From Archaeoglobus fulgidus DSM 4304 (GTDB lineage Archaea; Halobacteriota; Archaeoglobi; Archaeoglobales; Archaeoglobaceae): DNA of 32,000 nt. The stretch is from NCBI RefSeq assembly GCF_000008665.1, contig NC_000917.1, forward strand, positions 1 to 32,000, given 5' to 3'. A program made the translations under genes and the position numbers. How positions within the stretch are numbered: the stretch's first letter is position 1; the number at the start of each line of letters is the position of its first letter. Below are positions 8,258 through 16,690 of this stretch, in pieces. Below the pieces are notes generated by a model, which saw only the letters and a program-made list of their open reading frames with translations, made no database searches and was not told where the DNA came from.

Positions 8258-9434
8258 TCCAGTGACGGGTGCAACGACCGTCTGGCATGGAAGCTACGCT
8301 GGCTACACAGCCAAAGAGGTTCTCTTCGACTACGAAAAGTGCAAGGACGCATGGCTCAAGGTTGCAAAAGATTTCGACTTCGACTCATTCACCGTCGTTG
8401 GCGGCTTGGAGGGGATGATATACACCGTTGCGTTGCTTGAGCAGCCAGACATGTCTGCAGCAGCAAGATTCATCCTCGGCCCCACTCACCTCGTCTTGCA
8501 GGATGTGTACACCAGATGGCCGGGATACGAGCTCGAAGAAAACGCCCATCCGCAGTTCATCGGCAAGGAGATAATGAAGGTTGAGGAGTACGACCAGCTA
8601 ATCGAAAACCCGCTTGAGTTCATAAACAAGGTAGCGATGCCGAGGATAAACAGAAAGCTCGCCAACGTTGGATCTGCAGAATACAACGCAGCACTTGCGA
8701 AGTATGGGGCTGAGCTGGCAAGATTCGGTGCGTTCATGGCCGATGTTTCGATGGAGCTCGCCAAGCTCGGCTATCCAACAATTCCCATGTCCTGGGCCTA
8801 CGCCCCCCTCGACCTCATCAGCGACTTTCTGAGGGACATAAAGAACATGGTCATGGACCTCTACCGCTATCCCGACAAGGTCAAGGAGGCTGTTGAAGCG
8901 GTAAAACCCCTCATAATCAAAGCGGCCGAAGTATCAGCTCCTCCAAAAGAAATCAGAAAGCAGGTCTTCGGCACTGACGTTGTGGAGTGCTTCTACCCGC
9001 TCCACCTGAACGAGTATCTGAGTCCGAAGCTGTACAACGAGTTCTACTGGCCCTACCTCAACGAGGTTCTTCACAAGGTTGCCGACATGGGACAGGTGAA
9101 CTTCGTGCTCTTTGAGGGCAGACACGATGCACACCTCGAAACGCTGTTAGAAGCTCCGAAGAAGAAGGTCGTCGGAGTTTTCGAGAAAACAGACCCAAGA
9201 AAGGTGAGAGAGGTTCTGGGAGACCACGTAATCCTCGTCTCAGGGCCTCCGAACTCTCTGCTGATAGGAGGCACACCGCAGAAGGTGGAGGAGTACATGA
9301 AGAGCCTTCTGGAGGACTGCAAGGAAGGCGGAATGATGATATGGCCGGGAGTTGATGGAGGTATTTCGAGGGATGCAAGGCCTGAGAATGTAAAGGCTGT
9401 GATCGAAGCCGTGAAGAAGTACGGAACTTACTAA
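8181..9434 (+). CDS. mtoB: UroD-fold (MtaA/CmuA superfamily) methyltransferase, copy 1; candidate aryl-methyl-ether:corrinoid O-demethylase
   Basis: The start ATG abuts the corrinoid gene stop codon. The length (417 aa) and the ...SPKLYNEFYWPYLNEVL...VLFEGRHDAH... region resemble the uroporphyrinogen-decarboxylase-like methyltransferase fold. Genomic pairing with a corrinoid protein supports the call. The symbol is by analogy. Confidence 0.75.
   Translation: MNAEQLMEERRQRIEDVVKGKEPDRVPVTGATTVWHGSYAGYTAKEVLFDYEKCKDAWLKVAKDFDFDSFTVVGGLEGMIYTVALLEQPDMSAAARFILGPTHLVLQDVYTRWPGYELEENAHPQFIGKEIMKVEEYDQLIENPLEFINKVAMPRINRKLANVGSAEYNAALAKYGAELARFGAFMADVSMELAKLGYPTIPMSWAYAPLDLISDFLRDIKNMVMDLYRYPDKVKEAVEAVKPLIIKAAEVSAPPKEIRKQVFGTDVVECFYPLHLNEYLSPKLYNEFYWPYLNEVLHKVADMGQVNFVLFEGRHDAHLETLLEAPKKKVVGVFEKTDPRKVREVLGDHVILVSGPPNSLLIGGTPQKVEEYMKSLLEDCKEGGMMIWPGVDGGISRDARPENVKAVIEAVKKYGTY
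8988..9434 (+). repeat. Duplicated block B, copy 1 (partner 14930-15376, offset 5942 bp), about 93% identical
   Basis: Hand alignment found about 32 mismatches in 447 bp, mostly at third-codon positions. The block covers the C-terminal ~148 codons of both UroD-fold genes. Confidence 0.85.
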
Positions 9435-9440
9435 TTTTTT
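9435..9440 (+). terminator. Oligo-T tract immediately after the mtoB-1 stop codon
   Basis: T6 directly follows TAA (9432-9434). Archaeal termination commonly uses oligo-T. A new promoter-like element follows within 10 nt. Confidence 0.35.
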
Positions 9441-9444
9441 CTTA

Positions 9445-9477
9445 TTTATGAACCAGTTCATAACAGCCTTTATTTAG
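9445..9477 (+). promoter_or_regulatory. Second copy of the palindromic operator (TTATGAAC-N2-GTTCATAA) plus TATA-like box, upstream of MFS transporter 1
   Basis: tttatgaaccagttcataacagcctttatttag compared with gttatgaactgattcataacagcttttatctttag at 7482-7516. Half-sites, the CAGC linker and the TTTAT box are the same. The distance to the start codon is also similar (about 62 versus 65 nt). Confidence 0.55.
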
Positions 9478-9507
9478 CACTCATCTCTGCTTAAGAGGGG
9501 ATTCGCG

Positions 9508-10770
9508 GTGGTAGAGCGAAGGCTGGTGTATCCGGTTTCAGCAGCAATACTGGCGATGTTTGCAATGTTCTCCCTCATCTGGAGCCAGTTCTACCCCTTC
9601 ATAATGAAAACCTATTCGCTGGATGCAGTTTCTCCCGTTGCTCTTGCAGCGTCCTTCTCCGCTGCTGGAAACCTTCTGACACAGGTTCTGGCAGGTTTCA
9701 TCGCAGACAGGCGCGGACCGAAGCCCACAATGGCTGTTGCAGGATTGCTCTACCTCGCAGGAACAACGATAATCTCCATGATGTTCTCCCACGCGTCCTG
9801 GGAGAATGCGAGGCTCTACTGGTATGCGGGGGCCCTCACAATAGGTGCCGGAATAGGGATGTACATCGGTACTCTTCCGGTGGTTATAAGCAGGTGGTAT
9901 CCTGACGCTCCGGGAAAAGCTTACGGTATCGCCCTCTTCGGGCAGTACCTTTCTCCAGTTCTCATTTCGCCTCTTGCGGCCTACCTCATAACCAGCTACG
10001 GGCTGAAAGAGGCCTTCACTTTTCTTGGAGCTGCGATTTTCACAGTGATTTACATAATCGGTGTTGGAGTGTGGAGAACCCCGCCCAGAGAGATGGCAGC
10101 CACCTTCGCCAACGGTGGAAAGACCGTTTCCCTCAAGGAGTCAATAAGGGATTTAAGATTCTGGATTCTTTTCACTGTAATGTTCTCCACGGCTATCGGA
10201 TGGTTTCTGATTATGATGAACATCGCAACTATAGTTGTGGAGGGGCTCGGAAAGGCAGGTCTGGATGTTGAGTACGTTGCCTCATCCTTCGTTCCGCTTT
10301 TCATGTCCGTAGCGGCGGTTGGAAACGCCCTTGGGGCTTACTTCTGGGGAGTTGTGAACGACAGGATGGGCGGGCCGCTGAGAACGCTCCCAATCGTTTA
10401 CGCTCTCGCGGGAGTGATGATCTTTGCTTTTTACCTCAGCTACACCAGCCCCTCGCTCATTCTTCTGACGGGATGCCTGCTTTACTTCTCGCTCGCTGGG
10501 GAGCCTACAGTCCACTTTGCCGCTGTCCCGACCTTCTTCGGGAACGAGCACGTTGCAAAGCTAACCTCAATCCTTAACACTTCCGTGGCCTCTTCGGCCA
10601 TAATCGGGCCGTTCATCGGTGCATTCATCAGAGATGTTTTAGGGTCATACTTCTTTTCGCTTGCAATTGCGGCAGTACTTCACTTCTTTGCTGTCGGCAT
10701 TGTGTTGGCTGGAAGAAAATACGCAGGAGGTGGTGTTAATGTTCAGGTTCGAGAACCAGAAGGTGTTTGA
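9508..10770 (+). CDS. MFS transporter 1 (12-TM type, OFA-like)
   Basis: Highly hydrophobic 420-aa product. MFS loop motif GFIADRRGPK. GTG start. Confidence 0.85.
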   Translation: MVERRLVYPVSAAILAMFAMFSLIWSQFYPFIMKTYSLDAVSPVALAASFSAAGNLLTQVLAGFIADRRGPKPTMAVAGLLYLAGTTIISMMFSHASWENARLYWYAGALTIGAGIGMYIGTLPVVISRWYPDAPGKAYGIALFGQYLSPVLISPLAAYLITSYGLKEAFTFLGAAIFTVIYIIGVGVWRTPPREMAATFANGGKTVSLKESIRDLRFWILFTVMFSTAIGWFLIMMNIATIVVEGLGKAGLDVEYVASSFVPLFMSVAAVGNALGAYFWGVVNDRMGGPLRTLPIVYALAGVMIFAFYLSYTSPSLILLTGCLLYFSLAGEPTVHFAAVPTFFGNEHVAKLTSILNTSVASSAIIGPFIGAFIRDVLGSYFFSLAIAAVLHFFAVGIVLAGRKYAGGGVNVQVREPEGV

Positions 10771-11611
10771 GATAGGAGGAGTAAAAATAGGCGGAGAGGT
10801 TGGAGAGAATCCGACGGTGCTGATTGGAAGCATCTTTTACGGAAAGCACAAAATCGTAGAGGACGAGAAGAGGGGAATATTTGACAGAGAGGGGGCTGAG
10901 GCGCTAATCAGGGAAATGGAGGATCTGAGCGACAAAACAGGCAATCCGGGATTGCTTGATGTTGTGGGGATGAGCGAGGAGGCGATGATAAAGTACATCG
11001 ACTTCGTTGCTGACGTCACCGACAGCCCCTTCCTCATCGATTCTGCCATCGCGGACATAAAGCTCGCAGGAGTTAAGCATGCAGATGAGGTGGGGCTTTC
11101 CGACAGGGTAATCTACAACTCAATCTCGCCCGAATCGAAAGACGCCGAGATAGAAGCGCTTGCTAACAGCAAAGTTGAAGCGGCAGTGGTGCTCGCATAC
11201 ACCTACAACGTTATCAGCAGCGCTGCAAGGCTTCAGGCTCTGGAAAAGGCCATGGCGAAGGTTGAAAAGGCGGGGATAACCAAGCCAATCGTTGACACGT
11301 TTGTAATGGACGTTCCGAGCCTTCCCGCTGCGGCGAAGGCGGCAATTGACATAAAGAGGAAATACGGGCTTCCAACGGGCTCCGGTGCGCACAACGCGAT
11401 AGGAAGCTGGAAAGGATTTAAGAACATGTTCGGGAAGGAGGCGGAGAAGGCGGCGACAATCGTTGCTGTTACGATGCAGATCATCCTCGGCTCGGACTTC
11501 GTGCTCTACGGCCCAATTGAGGACTGCAGAGAGGTGTTCCCGGCGATGTACACAATAGACACAGCATACAAGTACTTCAGGCGCACGAAGGACTGGATAG
11601 AGATGGTCTGA
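10739..11611 (+). CDS. mtoA: MtrH-family methyl-corrinoid:pterin (H4MPT/H4F) methyltransferase
   Basis: MFRFENQKVFEIGGVKIGGEVGENPTVLIGSIFY is the typical MtrH-domain N-terminus. The start is moved to ATG 10739, with SD GGAGGTG at 10727-10733. The ORF-track N-terminal extension is a hydrophobic read-through of the MFS gene. The gene overlaps the MFS 3' end by 32 nt. Confidence 0.85.
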   Translation: MFRFENQKVFEIGGVKIGGEVGENPTVLIGSIFYGKHKIVEDEKRGIFDREGAEALIREMEDLSDKTGNPGLLDVVGMSEEAMIKYIDFVADVTDSPFLIDSAIADIKLAGVKHADEVGLSDRVIYNSISPESKDAEIEALANSKVEAAVVLAYTYNVISSAARLQALEKAMAKVEKAGITKPIVDTFVMDVPSLPAAAKAAIDIKRKYGLPTGSGAHNAIGSWKGFKNMFGKEAEKAATIVAVTMQIILGSDFVLYGPIEDCREVFPAMYTIDTAYKYFRRTKDWIEMV

Positions 11612-11612
11612 A

Positions 11613-13406
11613 ATGGTGTCGGTGACCTTCGAGCCGGTCGGAAAGAAGGTTGAGGATGAGCCGGACACAATACTCGAAATAGCGAGGAGGAACGGAGTTC
11701 TCATCAGGTCCGACTGCGGAGGCAAGGGAGTTTGCGGGAAGTGCAAGGTTGTCGTGGTTGACTACAGGGGAAGTTTGAGCGATATTACCGATCATGAGAG
11801 AAAGCACCTGATCGAGGAGGAGATAAGCAAAGGATACAGGCTTGCCTGTCAGGCGAGGGTTGAGGAGGGCAGGGCGACGATTTTCATACCACCGGAAAGC
11901 AGGCTCGAAAGGAGGAAGGTTGCGGGGCTTACGATAGAAAAAGAAGTCGAGCTGAATCCTGCGGTCAGAAAGGTTTACGCGGAAATTCAGCCTCCGAGCA
12001 TTGAAGACCAGCTTCCCGACTACGACAGGTTGACGAGGGCTCTGGGAGACTTCAGCCTCGATTTGGAAACGCTATCCGAAATGCCGAAGCTTTTGAGGGA
12101 GGCTGAGTGGAGGGTAACGGCCACCTTCTGGAATGGCAGACTCATTGACCTTGAGAAGGGAGACGTTAGCGACAGGTGTTACGGCGTGGCCGTTGACGTC
12201 GGATCGTCCAAAATCATCTGCCACCTCGTCGATTTGAAGAGCGGTGAGACCATCGCAACTGGCTACTCCGACAATCCGCAGGTTGCGTACGGAGAGGACA
12301 TAGTTTCGAGAATAACCTACGCCTCGAAGTCCGCTGAAAACAGAAAGAGGCTCCAGACGGTTGTCGTTGAGACCGTGAACCAGATAATAGCTGAGCTCTG
12401 CAACGAAAGCGGTGTTGACTTACGGCACGTTTACGAGGTGATGATTGTTGGCAACTCCGTGATGCACCACCTGTTTTTCGGCATCGAACCGAGGTTCATC
12501 GGTGTCTCTCCCTTCACTCCCGCCGTCAGGAGGGGTGTGAGCTTTCCAGCAGAAGATGTTGGGCTGAGAATCAACAGGAAGGGATACGTGAGCTCACTGC
12601 CTCTCGTAGCGGGATTTGTCGGTGCGGATGCGGTTGCAAACATTGCCATAACAGGAATACACAAAGCTGAGGAGATTTCGATGGTTATCGACATCGGAAC
12701 GAACACCGAGATTGTCATCGGCAACAGAGAGAAGCTTGGTGTGTGCTCTGCCCCTTCTGGTCCAGCTTTTGAGGGAGCCCACATCACCTTCGGCATGAAG
12801 GCCATTAGCGGGGCGATAGACAGCGTGAGAATTGAGAGGGATGAGGTCATATACACCACCATCGACAACGCCAAGGCGAAGGGGCTGTGCGGAACGGGGC
12901 TTATCGACCTCATCGCAGAGCTCTACAGGAACGGAATAATCAACAGAAACGGCAAATTCGTAAAGGACCACAGCAGAATAATCGTTGATGGGGTTCCTAA
13001 GTTCGTCGTTGCCAAGGCGGAAGAGACTGAGTTCGGAAAGCCGATAACGGTGAGCGAGAAGGACATAAACGAGCTTCTGATGGCCAAAGGGGCGATAAAG
13101 TCGGGATGGATGATTCTTTCGGAAAGGTTGGGGATTGAGCCCGACAAAATCGAGAGAATTTACCTTGCCGGATCCTTCGGAAGGCACATTAACGTCGAAA
13201 ATGCGAAGGTCATCGGGTTGCTGCCCGACATACCTTCGGAGAAGATAACCTTCGCCGGCGACACGGCAGTTGGCGGAGCGAAGATGGCTCTGAAATCGGT
13301 CAGAGTGAGGGATGAGATGGAAGACGTTGTCAGCAGGCTGAATTACGTAGAGCTTTCGGTTGAGAAGAACTTTTACAGCGTTTTTGTTCGTGCAATACCA
13401 ATTTAA
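11613..13406 (+). CDS. mtoD: RACo-type ATP-dependent reductive activator of corrinoid proteins (2Fe-2S ferredoxin + ASKHA/DUF4445 domain)
   Basis: N-terminal plant-type ferredoxin motif CGGKGVCGKCKV...ACQARV. A large C-terminal part has ASKHA-like glycine motifs (VDVGSSKI, IDIGTNTE, GSFG). It starts 1 nt after the mtoA stop codon. Confidence 0.85.
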   Translation: MVSVTFEPVGKKVEDEPDTILEIARRNGVLIRSDCGGKGVCGKCKVVVVDYRGSLSDITDHERKHLIEEEISKGYRLACQARVEEGRATIFIPPESRLERRKVAGLTIEKEVELNPAVRKVYAEIQPPSIEDQLPDYDRLTRALGDFSLDLETLSEMPKLLREAEWRVTATFWNGRLIDLEKGDVSDRCYGVAVDVGSSKIICHLVDLKSGETIATGYSDNPQVAYGEDIVSRITYASKSAENRKRLQTVVVETVNQIIAELCNESGVDLRHVYEVMIVGNSVMHHLFFGIEPRFIGVSPFTPAVRRGVSFPAEDVGLRINRKGYVSSLPLVAGFVGADAVANIAITGIHKAEEISMVIDIGTNTEIVIGNREKLGVCSAPSGPAFEGAHITFGMKAISGAIDSVRIERDEVIYTTIDNAKAKGLCGTGLIDLIAELYRNGIINRNGKFVKDHSRIIVDGVPKFVVAKAEETEFGKPITVSEKDINELLMAKGAIKSGWMILSERLGIEPDKIERIYLAGSFGRHINVENAKVIGLLPDIPSEKITFAGDTAVGGAKMALKSVRVRDEMEDVVSRLNYVELSVEKNFYSVFVRAIPI

Positions 13407-13504
13407 TGTCAAATTTGTTTTACATCAAATCATTTATTTTTTTGAGTCAATTAACCTTAATAGAGTCATTTTTCATCTTCTCCAAGCTTCACGGAGGTGA
13501 TACC

Positions 13505-14125
13505 TTGGAAGAGTTCGTTCAGGCCTTGGCAGACCTCGACGAGGCAAAGACCGTAGATCTGACAAAGAAGAGAGTTGATAGCGGAGAGGATCCATTCACC
13601 ATTCTTGAGGACGTCAGAAAGGCAACTGACATCATTGGAAAGCGCTTTGAGGAGGGAAGGTACTTCGTCTCAGACCTGATAATGGCGGGAGAAATTCTCA
13701 AGCAGGTAATGGAAATCCTAAGACCGCTGCTGGGAGAGAAGAAGGCTGAAAGCAAGGGAAAGGTTGTGATAGGCTCGGTGGAGGGTGATGTCCACGACAT
13801 AGGCAAGAACATTGTCATTGCGCTGCTTGAGGCTGAGGGCTTTGAAGTTGTTGATATAGGTGTTGACCAGCCCCCTGAAGCCTTTGTTGAGGCTGCAAAT
13901 CAGCACAATCCGGATGTTGTTGGTCTCTCAGGCCTGCTTACCGAAGCTATAGAGAGCATGAAGAGGACGGTTGAGGCCTTAAGAAAAGCTGGCTACAAGG
14001 GCAAGATAATCATAGGCGGTGGAAGGACGAGCGAGGAGGCAAAGGAGTACACGGGAGCAGATGACTGGGCGGACGATGCCGCTGTCGGTGTGAGGAAGAT
14101 CAAGGCTCTTGTGGGGGTGGAGTAG
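13505..14125 (+). CDS. mtoC: Cobalamin-binding corrinoid protein, copy 2
   Basis: Only 3 aa differ from copy 1 over the ~204 aligned aa. Same DxHxxG motif. The start is reassigned to TTG 13505, with SD GGAGGTGA at 13493-13500. The ORF-track start at 13406 adds an AT-rich, Phe/Ile/Ser-rich extension that has no counterpart in copy 1. Confidence 0.85.
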   Translation: MEEFVQALADLDEAKTVDLTKKRVDSGEDPFTILEDVRKATDIIGKRFEEGRYFVSDLIMAGEILKQVMEILRPLLGEKKAESKGKVVIGSVEGDVHDIGKNIVIALLEAEGFEVVDIGVDQPPEAFVEAANQHNPDVVGLSGLLTEAIESMKRTVEALRKAGYKGKIIIGGGRTSEEAKEYTGADDWADDAAVGVRKIKALVGVE

Positions 14126-14202
14126 ATGAACGCTGAGCAGCTCATGGAGGAGAGAAGGCAGAGAATTGAGGACGTGGTAAAGGGGAAGGAGCCTGATAGG
14201 GT
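13511..14202 (+). repeat. Duplicated block A, copy 2 (partner 7566-8257)
   Basis: See copy 1. Identity ends abruptly after gatagggt (8257 / 14202). Confidence 0.9.
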
Positions 14203-15376
14203 GCCAATATACGCTTCCACTTCTCTGCTTTTTCACGTAAGGTACGCTGGCTACAAGGCGAAAGAGGCTCTGTTCGACTACGGAAAGTTCAAGGAGAGTG
14301 TTATAAAGACGGCAAAAGACTTCGACTTCGACATTATGAGGGCTTCATACGGCCTTGAGGGCATACTCTTCGTTCTTGCCTTCCACAACGCTCCGGAAAT
14401 AGCCAAAGGTATGAGGTTTCTCACCGCCCACTACCACAAAATTCTTGGCGACGTTTACACCAAGTGGCCGGGAATGGAGCTCAGCGACGACGCGCATCCG
14501 CAGTTCATTGGAAAGCCCGTCATGAACGTTGACGAATACGATGCATTTACAGAAAATCCGCTTGAGTTCATAAACGAGGTTGCCCTTCCGAGAGCCTGTC
14601 AGAACATGAAAAGCGCCGCTGACAGAAACGCGGTGATAGCGAGGCTTGGAGCGGAGGTTGTTAGATACACAAACACCATACAGGAGCTGGGAAGGGAGCT
14701 TGCAGAGCTTGGCTATCCTTCTTTCGCCACATCCTGGAGCTACGCTCCGCTCGACCTCATCGGCGATTATCTGAGGGATATCAAAAACGTGGCCATCGAC
14801 CTTTACAGAGTTCCAGAGAAGGTTAAATCCGCCACAGAGGCCGTAACGCCGCTTTTCATCGAGATGGCGGAGAGGACGGGCATGCCGCCAAAGGTGGCAA
14901 GAGAAATCTTCGGCAGCGATGTCGTGCTCTGCTTCTACCCCCTCCACCTCACCGAGTACCTGAATCCGAAGCTGTACAACGAGTACTACTGGCCCTACCT
15001 CAACGAGGTTCTTCACAAGGTTGCCGATATGGGGCAGGTGAACTTCGTGCTCTTTGAGGGCAGACACGATGCGCACCTCGAAACGCTGTTAGAAGCTCCA
15101 AAGAAGAAGGTCGTTGGAGTTTTCGAGAAAACCGACCCAAGAAAGGTGAGAGAGGTTCTCGGAGACCACGTAATCCTCGTGTCAGGTCCTCCGAACTCTC
15201 TGCTGATAGGAGGCACACCTCAGAAGGTGGAGGAGTACATGAAGAGCCTTCTGGAGGACTGCAAGGAGGGCGGGATGATGGTCTATCCGGGTGTGGACGG
15301 AGGTATTTCGAGGGACGCAAGGCCTGAGAACGTTAAGGCTGTGATCGAAGCCGTGAAGAAGTACGGAAGGTACTGA
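14126..15376 (+). CDS. mtoB: UroD-fold methyltransferase, copy 2 (mosaic paralog of 8181-9434)
   Basis: The first 27 aa are identical to copy 1. Roughly residues 28-270 are only about half identical. The last ~148 aa are nearly identical. Confidence 0.75.
   Translation: MNAEQLMEERRQRIEDVVKGKEPDRVPIYASTSLLFHVRYAGYKAKEALFDYGKFKESVIKTAKDFDFDIMRASYGLEGILFVLAFHNAPEIAKGMRFLTAHYHKILGDVYTKWPGMELSDDAHPQFIGKPVMNVDEYDAFTENPLEFINEVALPRACQNMKSAADRNAVIARLGAEVVRYTNTIQELGRELAELGYPSFATSWSYAPLDLIGDYLRDIKNVAIDLYRVPEKVKSATEAVTPLFIEMAERTGMPPKVAREIFGSDVVLCFYPLHLTEYLNPKLYNEYYWPYLNEVLHKVADMGQVNFVLFEGRHDAHLETLLEAPKKKVVGVFEKTDPRKVREVLGDHVILVSGPPNSLLIGGTPQKVEEYMKSLLEDCKEGGMMVYPGVDGGISRDARPENVKAVIEAVKKYGRY
14930..15376 (+). 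repeat. Duplicated block B, copy 2 (partner 8988-9434)
   Basis: See copy 1. Confidence 0.85.
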
Positions 15377-15395
15377 AGCTGTTGGAGGTGAAACA

Positions 15396-16595
15396 ATGGG
15401 TGAAAATTCGAAGTTTCTTCCCTGGATGGTTGCAACTGGAGCGATGCTGGCTTTCACGGTGAGGTGGCTGCACTATCTCTATTCCTTCACCGCTCCGCAG
15501 ATTATGGACGAGTTCGGTGTTCCTGCTGCGACCGCCTCGCTGATGGTTACCGCGAACTCCATAGGTATGGTTGTTGGAGGGTTTTTGATAGGCGTTCTCT
15601 GCGACAAAATAGGTGTGAGGGTAACTCTGAGCATTGCCGCAGTTGTGGTGGGTGTTTTCACGATTTTCGTCGGTTACGCCCAGAGCATATACATGGCCAT
15701 TGTGATGTTCGGAATTGCGGGGCTTTTCTCCTGGCTTAGCTCCGCATTTCCGAAAATTGCGAGAGCTTGGTTCCCGCCTTCGCTGTATTCCACCGCAAAC
15801 AGCTACATGTTTCTCGGCTTCAGGCTGTCGGCTCTGTTCATGGGGCCTGTGGTTGCATCAATAGTAATCACAAGCGGATGGAGGAGCGCCTGGATTGACA
15901 TGGGTATTCTGTGCATTCTGATGGGTGTTCTCGCCTTTGCGCTCATAAGGGACAAGAAGGATGTCCAGGTTGAGCAGAGCAAAGTTTCGGTAGGGGAGGT
16001 TTTCAAATACAGGGACGCGTGGATTCTCTTCGGAGCCTACTCGATGTGGCTTATAGGCTGCGTCATGTACGTGGTCTTCACCATAACCTACCTGCAGAAG
16101 GGACTTCAGCTCGACCCGATGACATCGGGCTGGCTCTGGAGCCTGCTTCAGCTCGTCGGAATAATCTCCATGTACACCCTGCTGCCCCTCTCCGACCTGC
16201 TCGCTTCCAAGGGCATAATCAGCAGAAAGAACTTTGCGGGGATAATGTTCCTTGTGGCATCCGTGGCGTTCTTCATCTTTGGATCGCTGAAGCCCGGAAT
16301 GCCGATAACCTACTACGCAGCTTCCATCGTGCTGGTGGGGCTTGGAGCGCTGCTATTAACCACGATACCAGCACCGCTTATTTCCGAGCGCTTCCCGCCG
16401 AACATCGCAGGAACGGCTACGGGCTTCATAACAGCAGTTGGGCAGTGGCCCTTCATAGTGATGCCGCCCATCGCGGGAATGCTTGCAGCCACCTACGGAT
16501 GGGGCTTCATCTACCAGGTTTCGGCTCCCTTCATAGCCATAGGCGGGATGATTCTGATACTCCTCATGAAGCCCCCGCAGAAGGTCTCAGCTTAA
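15396..16595 (+). CDS. MFS transporter 2
   Basis: Hydrophobic 399-aa product with SD GGAGGTGA 4 nt before the ATG. It shares the AWFPP loop motif and N-terminal pattern with the MFS gene at 28539-29720. Confidence 0.85.
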   Translation: MGENSKFLPWMVATGAMLAFTVRWLHYLYSFTAPQIMDEFGVPAATASLMVTANSIGMVVGGFLIGVLCDKIGVRVTLSIAAVVVGVFTIFVGYAQSIYMAIVMFGIAGLFSWLSSAFPKIARAWFPPSLYSTANSYMFLGFRLSALFMGPVVASIVITSGWRSAWIDMGILCILMGVLAFALIRDKKDVQVEQSKVSVGEVFKYRDAWILFGAYSMWLIGCVMYVVFTITYLQKGLQLDPMTSGWLWSLLQLVGIISMYTLLPLSDLLASKGIISRKNFAGIMFLVASVAFFIFGSLKPGMPITYYAASIVLVGLGALLLTTIPAPLISERFPPNIAGTATGFITAVGQWPFIVMPPIAGMLAATYGWGFIYQVSAPFIAIGGMILILLMKPPQKVSA

Positions 16596-16618
16596 TCACG
16601 ACAAATCATTTTATAAAA

Positions 16619-16626
16619 TTTTTTTT
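16619..16626 (+). terminator. Oligo-T (T8) tract after MFS transporter 2
   Basis: A T8 run lies 24 nt after the stop codon, in a very AT-rich intergenic region. Confidence 0.35.
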
Positions 16627-16690
16627 AATTAACTTTTTGTTGTTAATTAATTATTTATCAGGATATTTTTTCTGAACAAATGGTGGTTGT

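Noticed and set aside
10661-10738. Upstream extensions of the MtrH-like gene (10661) and, similarly, of the thiolase (21214-21276) and the ADH (28526-28570)
   Set aside because: The extensions overlap the preceding genes and lack family similarity. Strong SD sequences precede the internal starts at 10739, 21277 and 28525.
13406-13504. N-terminal 33-aa extension of corrinoid protein 2 (ATG at 13406)
   Set aside because: The extension runs through AT-rich, promoter-like DNA and has no counterpart in the near-identical copy 1. A perfect SD (GGAGGTGA) sits in front of the in-frame TTG at 13505.
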